Positions 24,301 to 36,300 of a DNA stretch of 64,000 bases are shown here, one piece after another. The position numbers were made by a program, and so were the translations under genes. This stretch comes from Cycas panzhihuaensis. Its lineage: Eukaryota > Plantae > Cycadophyta. The notes below the pieces were generated by a model. It did no database searches and was not told the origin of the DNA. It worked only from the letters and a program-made list of their open reading frames with translations. How positions within the stretch are numbered: the first letter of the stretch is position 1; each line of letters starts with the position of its first letter. The stretch spans positions 199,399,741 through 199,463,740 of the forward strand of contig CM041465.1 in assembly GCA_023213395.1 (NCBI GenBank), read 5' to 3'.

Positions 24301-27300
24301 GTGTCCCAAATTTGAGCTAAATTGGAGTACGGTAAGATCTATTACAAGTTACAACTTTTTAAGAATTACAGGAAGGCCACTTGGACAACATGCATTCTGG
24401 TGGTTAGTGGTTATACTTGCATGATTGCCACTTGTTAAACATGCAATTTTGGTTTCTTTCTATAAATTGAGCCCTACTACAGGTTGGAGAGGTGGTTCTT
24501 GGAGACTTGACTTGGGAAGCATCCTTGGAGAGGCATTTGGAGGGTTGGAGTCCCCCTTATGGTATAATTGTATCATTTATTCCTTGTAATTTTACCATTC
24601 ATTTGCTAGTTGATTTCTCCACCATTAAATGAAGATTTTCATAGTTTAATAAAAGTACTACTCCTCATACTTTTGTATCGATGTCAAGAATAAATGATTT
24701 GGTGTAGAATTTCCTTTCATAAGCTCATTGTTGTTTTGATGTTATTGAGCTTTTTACACTAAGTCCCAGGATCTCAAGGAGAAAAGGTTGATAATTGACT
24801 TCTTCACTAACTAAGCTCTTTTGGGATCAAACACTCCATGCATTAGATGAGGTGATCGATGGTTAATGTTGTGCCGATCAATGGGGAAACTATCTAATTG
24901 TAATGGATCCTAGGTTAGTACTGTTTGCTATCAACTTAGAGGGTGGGTGACTGGGGATTCTATCCAGAACCTTCTTGGGGTTGGTTGGGGGGCTAGGGCT
25001 TGGTTCAGGTATTGCTGTGGGGGAAGCAGTAAGGTTAGGGGTCTCCCTTGAGACTACTATAGGGGAAGGTAATGGGGTAAGATTGGGTGTTGGGTTGGGG
25101 TTAGGGTTAGGGTAAGAGTCCTAGAATTAATGATGGATCTATACTAAGGTTTCTACATATCTCTATTTTCAAGCTTTTAGAAGTATTACTTGTTTGCTAC
25201 GGCTTAATTAGTTCTTCGCCATCTACACTACCAATTAGGTTGCCTATTAACTACATCATTACTACTAATTCTACTATTGGTACTTATATAATCATAAAGA
25301 TTATTATTAGAATTGATATCACAGTCTATGGACAAGAGAGAGTATTGAAAGGAGGGGTGGGTTACTATTAAAATAATGTCTAATTCATACTTATTCTTTA
25401 CTATGAGTTGACTAATGAATTATATTAGGTGAGTCCTCTCGTGAGTTGTATATCTATTCTTTTGTCTTACATTCAAGAGCATGCACATGTTGTAATGAAT
25501 AGTCGCTTACATGCAAGAGCATGCATGAATTGTATATGCTATTTCCTTTGTTCTTTCTTTATTCTTTTCTCTCGCACTCATTATTTATGAGAGGTGATCT
25601 CACTCTCTTGTATCATCATGCAAGGATTCATTTTTGAGTGTTTGAGCAACATTTGTCTGCCTTGGAGAGATTGGTGAGAGCTCATTGTACACAATGTGAT
25701 CTAACGCAAGATTCTTTTATTCTTGTTAGTCATTGTGCAAATGTGTTCTTGTTTTGCTCCTATGTTTTCTATTTTCACTTTGATTTCCAACATGGTATCA
25801 AAGCCCATGATCAATTTATGAGAATTTTTTGAGTCTAATCATGTTTTTCTACTTGTTAGCTTGATATTTCTACAATGGGTATCTTCATTACTGATTTGTT
25901 TAGCCTTTAAGCAAACACATAGAGGTTTTTGCAGTGAAAAGGCATGGGTTCTATTGTAGGGGCATTTTTGGCCATAGCAGGGACTTCAAATTTTTTGCTT
26001 TTGCAGGATTTTTGCTTGTGGGTTTGTTCTTAGCAGGTTTGAGACTTGTTTGACACTAGTCCCAACCTTCAAAACGAGAAATCCTAGTGCAAAATTGTCT
26101 TAGTAAGTTGGAGAAAGGGGCAACCTTCTAAAACCCTATTTCGAGTTTTAAACAACAAAAAATTTCTTTTTCCTTCACATAAAATTTTCATGGCTGCCTA
26201 AATTTGCTATAAATCAGTTTGATTTATTTGACTTATGTAAAACATCAACTCAAAAATCATCATACAAGGCTCATGATTGACTTTGGGTGGTGCTGGTGGC
26301 AGATGGAAAATTGTGATGTTTCAAAATTGTTTTGAGATATCACTTTAATTTCTCATTTTCGTAATGTTTTAAGGAAATTTAAGTGGATTTTAATGTTTTA
26401 AGTTTGCCCTTTGTCTTTTAAGCCATTGGTCATATGCCTTGAAGGGCTGAGATCTTGGAAAGGGGCTAAACCTTATTTCTTAGTTGCTTTTTCTTTATTT
26501 TGAGTAGTGTTTGCTTTTAACATCGTTATATTTCTACTATATTTTCATTTTAGTGGTCAAAATTTGTAATAAGACCTTGTGGCCACTGTAAGTTTTTTAG
26601 TAAATTTACGCTTGCAGTCTTGGTCATGTGCATAATTTTTCAAAATGTCAGGTATTAACATTACTGGTTATATTCTATTGGATGATGCACACAAACTAAA
26701 TGGTAAGAATTATGTAATATGGGAATTTAAAATTTTTAATATTTTGGCCCTCAAGAAATTAATGAAGATTGTTGAAAGAAAGGAAAAAAAGCCAATTGTC
26801 ATATCTACTCACACCACAATTGGAACCAGAACATTGTAAGAGAAAAATAACAATGCACAGATACTAAACAAGTAATGAAGCCAAGAAAGAGTACAAGAAA
26901 ACAACATAGATTTTTACGTGGAAAACCTTGGTAGAGTGTCATGGTAAAAAACCACCGGGCAAAGGTTTCTTCTTTATTAGCAACAAGATCATAAATACAT
27001 TTTTTGTTCATCTTAATACAACAATTTGATCAAACTTATATAAGAAAACACTAACTCCAAAGTTGTGCCAAAAAGGAAAATGCAAAAAATTGTTTTTTAC
27101 TTCGTCTGAGGCCTATTGACCGCATCCAAAATGGCCTATGGCGGTATTGCGAGGAAAATTTTACACATCAGCTATACAGTCATCATGTTGGAAATCAGAA
27201 TTAGCTTCACATCCGACATTCTCCCACTTGAAGTCAATTCTGAATTATGCTACGACCTACTCCTTCCAATAGACTAATGCCTGTGCTGATTATCATCCTG

Positions 27301-30300
27301 TCATATGTAGTCCTAGAGAAGTTCTGCACTAGATAAGCTTCTTCCTTCCAATCGGCTTTGTTAGCATGTCTGTTGGGTTGTTATCAATATGGATCTTCTA
27401 CAATGAGACTTGTCCTTTCGCTACAATGTCATGTACAAAATGATATTACACACCTATGTGCTTTATCCTGGCATGAAATGTTGGGTTTCTTGCTAAGTGC
27501 AAGGTACTTTGACTGTCGCAATGTAAAACAATCGTATTCTGCTTCACTTGTAGTTCTTCCAATAATCTATGCAACCATATCACCTGCTCATAGGCTTGTG
27601 TTGCTGCCATATATTCTGCCTCCTCACAGAGGGACTGTAGTTTCAATATCCAGCTAATAGCTCCACCTACAAGAGTGAACACATATCCTATAGTGGACTT
27701 ATGTCTATTTTTATCGCTAGCAAAATTTGAATCTACAAACCCTGTCACTTGAAGATTTGTCGAACTATAACAGATAGCAGCATTTGAAGTACCCTTCAAA
27801 TAACAAAGGATCCACTTCACAGGAGTCCAATGATCACAACTAGGGTTTTCCATGAATTGATTAATAACTCCTGCTGCTTCGGCAATGTTCGGTCTAGTCC
27901 ATACCATGGCAAACATTAGGCTAATTACTGCTGATGAGTATGGTACATGAGACATTTGTGCCTTCTCAGCTTCGTTGCTAGGATTCCATTTCGAAGACAA
28001 CTTCATATGTGTAGGAAATAGGGTACTAACTAGCTAAGCATTTTGCATGTTGAAGCACTGCAGAATTTTTTCCATGTATGTCTTTTGTGTAAGCCAGATC
28101 TTCTTGCTCTTCCTATCTTTATGTATCCTCATGCCAAGAATTTGATTTGCGGCACCTAAATCCTTCACTTCAAACATCCTAGCTAGCTGAGCCTTAAGTT
28201 GGACAATTCTGTCCATGTTGGGGCCTGCAACCAACGTGTTGTCAACATATAACAACAAAATAATGAAACTGTCATCATCATATCTTTTAAATCAAGAACA
28301 ATGATCAGCTTCGCATCTGCTAAATTCCAGACTCATCATTAAGGAATCAAACTACTTGTACCAACATCTCGGTCGTTGTTTGAGACCATACAATGATTTG
28401 TTCAACCTGCATTTAAGATTCTCTTTGCCTCTTATCACAAAACCTTCTAGTTGCTCTATATAAATCTCCTCATTAAGGTCACCATGCAAAAAGGTTGTTT
28501 TCACATCAAGCTGCCCCAATTCAAAATCAAGGGAAACAACCATAGCCAACACAACTCTAATAGTACTCAAATGTACAACTAGGGAAAAGATCTCATCAAA
28601 ATCTATACCTGATTTTTGTGCATGCCCCTTAGCCACCAATCAAGCTCTATGTCGCTCAATTGCACCATCAACATCCCTTTTCAGCTTGAAGACCTACCTA
28701 TTTCCTATGGCCTTCTGACTTGCAGGCAACTCCATCAGCTCTCACGTGTTGTTTTTATTTAGGGCCTCCATTTCCTCCTCCATGGCAATCCTCCATTTGC
28801 TTGCATCTTCAGCCTCATAGGCTTCTTGAAATGAGCTAGGCTCACCAACATCAATAACTAATGCAAAAGCTGAATGTGCATCAAGAGTATACCTTTTAGG
28901 TGGCTTGGATATTCTAGTGGATCTCCCAACCCATGAGATGCATCAACTTGTGGCTACTCAAGTTGCTGTTCTTTCTGTTCAATCACTATATTCTGTTGTT
29001 CAGGTTTTTGATTTTAGTCCTTTTTCATAGCATCATCTTCCACTTTATTTCCTTAGTAGGTACAACATCTATTGTTTGTTGTTTTTCAACTTTTTACATG
29101 GATTTCTCATTAAATACCACATCTTGGCTAATGATAAGCTTGCGGGCAGCAGTATCACAGCCTGTACCCTTTTGTTCCATCACCATAGCTAAAAAAAATA
29201 CACTTCTTGGAGTTTGCGTCCAACTTGGACCCTTGTTCCTTTAAGACATGGCCAACGTAAGCATTACAACCAAAGACAACTAAATGGGAATAATTAACAG
29301 GTTTTCCTGTCCATACCTCTTCAGGAATCTTCTTGTCTAGAGCTATAGTGGGTGACCTTTTGATAAGGTAAGTAGCTGTATTTATAGCCTCAACCCAAAA
29401 TTCTTGCCCCAAACCGATAGTGTTGAGAGTACACCTAACACGCTCCATAATGGTGCGGTTCATCTTCTCAGCTATCCCATTTTGCTGTGGAGTGCCGAGA
29501 ACTATTTTCTACCTAGCTATTCGATGCTCATTGCAAAATTGATTAATTTTCTTCGAGTAAAACTCTCTCCCATTGTCTATCTTGAGATACTTAATGCTCT
29601 TACCCATTTATTTCTCTATAAGAGCTTTTAGTTTTTTAAAACAATCTAAGACATTTGACTTCTTCTTGAAAAGAAACACCCATACTTTACGAGAATAGTC
29701 ATCAATGAATGACACAAAATATAGTGATCCTCCTAATGAAGCTACGGATGCAGGTCCGAAATAGTTTGAATGTAACAACTACAAAAAAATCTGAACTTCT
29801 ACTAGTGCATCTAGCAAACTGAAGCCTATTCTGTTTTCCAAATAGACAATGTTCACAAAAACTGAGATAAGGAGATTTTAAACTTGGCAAAAGTTTTTTG
29901 TTGAGTAGTATCTTTAGTCCTCTTTTGCTCATGCGGCCCAGGCATTGATGCAACAAAGTTACTGAATCAATGGTATCTATTGTTGCCACTGCAGCCACCC
30001 TAGTTATAGTCTCTCCAATTAGCTTATACAGATTGTGTTCACATTTCTTGCCCTTCATCACTACTAGAGCTCCCTTAGAGACCTTTAAACAACCTTTCTC
30101 ATTGCTATATTTATAGCCCAACTCATTGAACTTACCCAAAGACAAGAAGTTCTTCTTCAACCCTAGAACATGGCGAACTGTCTGAATGGTACGAACAACT
30201 CCATCATACATCTTCAGCTTGACTTCTCCTTCTCCTACAACTTGCATGAGTTATCGTTGCCCATGTAGATTGTACCTCCATCACCTGACTGGTATGAGGA

Positions 30301-33300
30301 GAACTAGTCCGTGTGTGGTATCATATGGAATGAATCCCCTAAGTTCAATAGCCATATGTGCGACAACTGTTCTTGAGAGTTTGTTGAAAGCATTTCACCA
30401 TTTTCTTGTGATCTTGAATTTTCAACTATGTTTGCATCTAAGCTCTGTAAATTGGTCTTTCCTACTTCTACTTTCAGTAGCTTGCAGTCCTTCTTGAGAT
30501 GTTTGGACTTTTCACAATGCCAACATTTCCCCCTTCTTCGCATCGTAGACTTTGACCTGGAATGAGATCTACTCAATTGATTTCTTTCCATGGTCCTGCC
30601 CGTTACAAATAGGGCATCGTTGGAAGACCCACTTTGAGATGTCTTTTGCCTCGATTCCTCTTCTAACAATGTGGCCACCACATCATCATAAACGAGGATC
30701 TCAGAAGGATTTGCATTGTTGAGTGTCATCACTAGCTGGTCCCATGAGTCTGGTAGCGAACAAAGTAGGGTTGCAGCCTTATCTTCCTCCTTGATCTTTA
30801 CTTCCACTGAACTTAGCTTGTTAATCAGTGTGTTGAACTCGTTTAGATGGTCTGCAACTGGCGTTCCATCCTTCATTCTTAGATTGTATAGCTGTCTTCG
30901 TAGAAAAATCTTATTTGATAATGATTTCATACTTAGTCGTTTCAAATTAGACTAGAAAACATTACATCACTAAAAAAAATTGCGTTTTTAGTGTGTGTTA
31001 GGACTAATTTAAAGTCCTAGCATCTTTTGGTGTTCTTTTATCATTGCACAAGTTGATTAAATCTTGTAGGATCCTTATTTCTTAAGCATTAATGAAGGAA
31101 TATTCTCAAAATCACTACAAGACACTAGTTTTCATTAAATACTTGAAGGTGTTTTTCAAGTATAAAGCAAGTTGTTTTCATAAAATACTTGAAGGTGTTT
31201 TTCAAGTATAGAACAAGCTTTTTTCATAATACTTGAAGTTGTTTTTAAAGTATAAAGCATGCTATTTTGCAAGCAATTTTCAAGTTTCAAGTAAGCATCA
31301 TTTTAGCATCAAGCAAGCATTTCAAGTTCAAAATATATTTTTTAACCCACAACACATTATTTAAACCTTAAAATTGATTAAAATGTTAAGTGGAGAGGCT
31401 CAAAAAAAGGTTCAAACCTTGCCTCTAGTCTTAAGATTAATGCATTTCCTAGGGGACCAATCAACTGTATGGTCAATGTACAACAATTAAGACTTAAAAA
31501 CTTGTGGGAAAGAAGGTTCGAAAAGGGTGTTGTTGGAGCTGTGAGCTCCAAAGAAAGTATAGTATAACTGTCCAAATCAACCCTGCCTTACTTGTACTAA
31601 AAATTGATCTTGGCCATCTCTTGGATTTGTTTACAGATCAAGGTTGGACCACTCCACAAACCTAGCCCTCCACTTTTACTGCATTCTTCAGTTGTTGGAT
31701 CTTCTTCATAAGATTATGACTATTGGTGTACTTGCAAGTGGAACTTAAGCGACAACAACTTTGAGTTCCAAATCAATTCTTTAGCTACAAGAGTTTTTAA
31801 ACGTAAAACTTAAAAATGTCGGCTATAATAATGCTCAATGCAAGCCACATCAAACATAATGGATTTGATAACTTTCAAGACTGGAAGAAACAAGCTAAGA
31901 AGTTGTTGATTACGAATGAACTTTGGGGTTATGTATTTAGAAGAATCTCCAAGCTTGTTCAAACACAAAGCACTGTGAATACTACTGTAATAATTCCTGT
32001 TGATCTAATTCTTGTTGCTGTATGAGAAGCTAAAGATGAAATTGCCTTAGCTTTCTTACATATGACTATTCATATTACTGTGGATTAGAATATTACTAGT
32101 GCTGCTAGTTCTAAGGATGCATGAGATACATTATTATCTTTGTATGAAAGGCAAGATGATGTTGGCATTGTAATGTCCAAAGCAAAATTGTTTACTATTA
32201 AGTTTGTTGAGATAATAATGACTTTTTAATCTATTTTTAAAGAAATAAACAATCAATTGACAGCTTTGGGCAAACCTACATCTAATGAAGACTTTGTTTT
32301 TTTTTTTTTTTTTGATATCTAGAGGAGAACCTCTAGCCACACCTTGGTACAATGATTCGAAGGAAGGGGGACCCCCGGGGTCCAAGTTTTCATAATGCCT
32401 TTGTACTAGCCACGCTTAGAGTTCATACCGCCATTGTACAATTCATACACATTTAATGGACTTTGGTCGGACTACTTTCTTTACAGTAGCGGACGCCGAT
32501 CAGACTACTTCCTTGTGAAGTGACTTGCACTCATGGGTTTTGAACCTGGGTATCTCCTCGGTAAGCGCCACATCTTATCAATCCACCTAGCTCCATGAGG
32601 CTTGATGAAGACTTTGTTATTACCACTATTTATGCTTTTACCAAGAGAGTACAATGGCTTCATCTCCTCTACCACAAGAGGAGGCACTCTAGGCACTATA
32701 ACATCCAACCAATTAGAAAGTCTCTTATTGCAAGAGGAGCAAATCTATTCTTGACAAGAAGAAGGGACAATTACATGGGCCTTTATTGCTAAGTATAAAG
32801 GCAAACAACCATGACTCCTAAACAGAACTTTCATAAATTGTTTGGGAACCTCAATGTTGGTGCCTCAAAAGCCAAAATAGTTGTATGCCATTATTGGGGC
32901 AAGGTTGGCCACATTCAACCTGAACGTAGGAAGAAGCAATTTGACTTGCAACAACAGTATCAACAACAACAATAGAGGCAACAACAATAGCAAAACCCCC
33001 CACAAAGACCAAATTGAAGTGCATTTTGAAGAGGCCAATGTAGAAATTAGAGGGGGGTGTTCAGAGGTGGCTATCAAGTCACTCAAATCAATATTCTAAT
33101 GAAAAAATATTTTGTGCATATTACAATAACAGAAGTAACAACACTTGGATTGTCGACTCAGGTGCATCTTGTCATAAGATTGGAGATGTTGATTTGTTGT
33201 ATGATATTGGTGAAAGCAACGGTTAAATTATTACCTTTGGTAATAATCAAACCATTTAGATATCTGATGTTGAAAAAATTACTTCTTTCCACACTTCAAA

Positions 33301-36300
33301 AGGTTCTGCTCATACATTTCCCACTTGTGATACATTCTTGGTTCCTTCAATGCCCAAAATTTTGCTATTTGTTAGCCAATTTGATAAGCAACAGATGAAC
33401 ATATTGTTTACGAATGGGAAATGTACAATTAGTGATAAATATGATTAAGTGATTGCTATTGGTCATAATGACCATTGACTTTATAAATTGGATGCATCTC
33501 AAGCAACACTTGACACTTCACAAGCCTATTTCACTTGGTCTTTGACTAAGGAGAAATTATGGGACAATATACTAGGTCATTTGAACCTAGAGAGCATCAA
33601 ATTGATGTTTCACAAAAACATGGTGTTTGGCTTACCTAAAATTTCAGCAGGTAAGTTTCTTTGTGAGGCTTGTATCATGGGGAAACAACACAGAGAGCCT
33701 TTTCAAAAAGGCAAAGCATGGTGGGCTACACAATTGTTACAACTGGTTCATATTGATATTTGTGGATCCATGTCTACACAATCTTTTGGAGGAGCATCCT
33801 ATTACATCACTTTCATCAATGACTTCTCTCATAAAGTTTGGGTATATTGTATTAAGCATAAATCTGAGGCATTGACAAAATTTTAAAAATTGAAACTTAC
33901 AGTTGACAAATAATCAGACATGCAAATTAAAATATTGTGTTCTGATAATGGAGGTGAATTCACTTCAAAAGAATTCAACTGGTTTTGTGTCGATCATGGC
34001 ATCAAGAGACAACTCAGTGCTCCATACACGCCACAACAAAATGGGGTAGCAAAGAGGATGAACAAGACTTTGGCCAACAAAGTCAAAGCTATGATGCATG
34101 CTAAAGACCTCCTATTGACCTATTGGGTAGAAGCACTTCATACAATTGCTTATGTCACCAATAGAAGCTCCACAATGATAGTCTGGGATTTGACCCCAGA
34201 GAAGGTTTGGATTGGCAGGAAGCCAACTATGAGTTATTTACGCACATTTTTATGCACAAACTACATGCAAGTTCTCCATTAGTAAAGGCAAGTGCATCTT
34301 TATGTTATATTGTTAAGTTATGTATTACGTAAAATTATTTTATCACTTAAATGTGATAAAGTACGCGCACACTCTTCTCTAGTGTGTGTAATGTTGTGCC
34401 TTATGTGTCAATCGACCCTCCACCCTTGTATTTGCATATTTGCATATATGCATGTATGATGGACAAGTGTCTTTGATGCAATGTGCTTGTGTGCATGTTT
34501 GACACTTGTCAAACATTCAACATCCTAAAGGGCATTCACCTCACCTATATATTGAGACCATTTTCTCATGTATAGCAAGAGAGTATGAGATGTATTGTTA
34601 TGTTGTTATTTTGAATACAAGTCAATCTTGGAGTTAGGATCGATTCCTCCTCCTCCATTTGTTAGTGTGCTTATGTGCTTGCTTATTTGATGTTATTCAT
34701 TGATGCTAATCATCTAACCCTTGTACTTCATTGTCCCCATATTATCTCTTTTTCACAGTTAACATGTACAGGGCTAAGACACCACTAAAAATGGCATCAT
34801 TAGGGTATTACAATGAAAGTGCTTTTAATCATCTCACATTTAATGAAAAAACAGATGTTACCAAGCATATATACCTCTTTAAAAATAGGATTGATGTGAA
34901 AAAAATCATTAATGAGGAAGATATAAAGGGGAGATTTATATGTACCTTGAGGGGCGTGCTACTAGTATGGTACAAAGAATTGGATGCTAAAACTAAGTCA
35001 TGGGTAGACATAACCAAAGAGTTTTAGGAAAGATTTTAGAAGTTGTGAAGCAATGAAGCCATAGTACAAGCACTGGGGAACTTAAAACAAAGACTAGGAG
35101 AATTAGTGTTGGATTATGCTGGTAGAATGGCAATAATAGCCAATAACGTTACAGATGGTGAAAATTTGTCAAGTTTTCTATTAAAGAGTTACTTCATAAA
35201 TGGACTACAACTAAAGCTAAGAGCATTATTGAAGCAACACTTGAATAAATCCTATGCCAAAGCCAATTAGTTTGAAAAAGAGATGGATTCATAAGAGATA
35301 GGCACACAAGACAATGTATTCAAATTGCTTCATGACGAAATAAAAGAGTTGTGAGCAATGAGAGCCTGTAAGGTAGTTGCTAAGGAAGAATCGTTAGATG
35401 TTGAGATATTAAGGGAAGAAATTGCAAGGTTGAAGTTACAGTTGAAAAAGAAAGAATTGGCCAAAATTGAGGGCAAACTTACTAGCAGTTGTAGAACTAG
35501 GGCAACAATGAGCAAAAATGGTTGCCCCTTTTGTGAATCCACAACATGCAGTCTAAGGGATTGCTACTATAACAAATGTTGAAATAATGTTTGAGGTAGG
35601 GGCCAGGGCAAAGGGGGTATGCCATTATATTCGACTAAAATAATACTTGGCCAACAAAAGATGAAAAAGATAATGGAAAGATGTATGTTTTGTTTGGAGT
35701 TTGAGCATTGGAGGTTAGATTCACAAATGAAAAAAATTGTGGACCATGTAATCATCTCTTAAAAAATTGCTCACTAATGTAAGATTAAGCAACATTATGT
35801 CAATTGTGCTTGACACATTCAAAACCATGAATCCACAAACAAGAAGTGGATTGGCAACTAACCCTAAGAAGGAAAAGTTGGATTACTCAAAATCTAAGAT
35901 GGAAATTGACTGCTTCACCCAAGTGAAGAAGGCACTAGAGGAAGTAGCCAAGGACGTAGAAAGGAATAGCCCCACCTTACCCAAACTAGAAGTGAAGTAA
36001 GTATATAAAAGTAGGGCATCCCCAAAATGAAGTGAGGTCATCGCAATAGGGAAGTTGCAAGTAATTGAGACCACATAAATCAACACAGTTAATCTATTTG
36101 ACAACATCCCTTCAAAAGAAATTTTGAGGATGTTGACACTACTGAAGAATCTAACAAAGTAGTTAAAGTTAGCCACTCCATTGTTACAAATAATTCAATG
36201 GCTAGAAGTTAGAGTATTTCAAGTTTGAGACTCTCAAGGAGCATACAAAGTTGTGGAGGAAACAATGGTAATGAATAACCCACATGAACAAGAGCCCAAG

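Larger units (their letters stand above)
18103..24829 (+). mobile_element. Full-length Ty3/Gypsy chromovirus, CRM-clade-like, with a disrupted gag-pol
   Basis: LTRs 18103..19153 and 23785..24829 with TGATCC...GGATCA termini. TSD AACAC at 18098..18102 and 24830..24834. PBS tggtatcagagc at 19159..19170 and PPT aaggaagggga at ~23770..23780. Gag with CEHC..SGH...[27 protein letters not shown], RNase H and integrase fragments at 19512..23760. Confidence 0.95.
30931..34310 (+). mobile_element. Copia element C fragment (leader, gag, PR, integrase core), truncated at both ends
   Basis: Gag start at 31816 ([11 protein letters not shown]), [10 protein letters not shown] near 33147, [24 protein letters not shown] and [11 protein letters not shown]. 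Ends at KCIF-like sequence near 34300. Confidence 0.85.

Noticed and set aside
25095-25113. ttagggttaggg, telomere-like repeat
   Set aside because: Only two units, embedded in a G/T-rich stretch that reads as Pro-rich low-complexity sequence on the other strand. Not an interstitial telomere.
31128-31260. CRISPR-like palindromic repeats
   Set aside because: Eukaryotic TE context, no unique spacers and no cas genes.
32525-32602. tRNA gene
   Set aside because: The cloverleaf is degenerate and is followed by a body, poly(A) tail and TSD. It is the SINE head.
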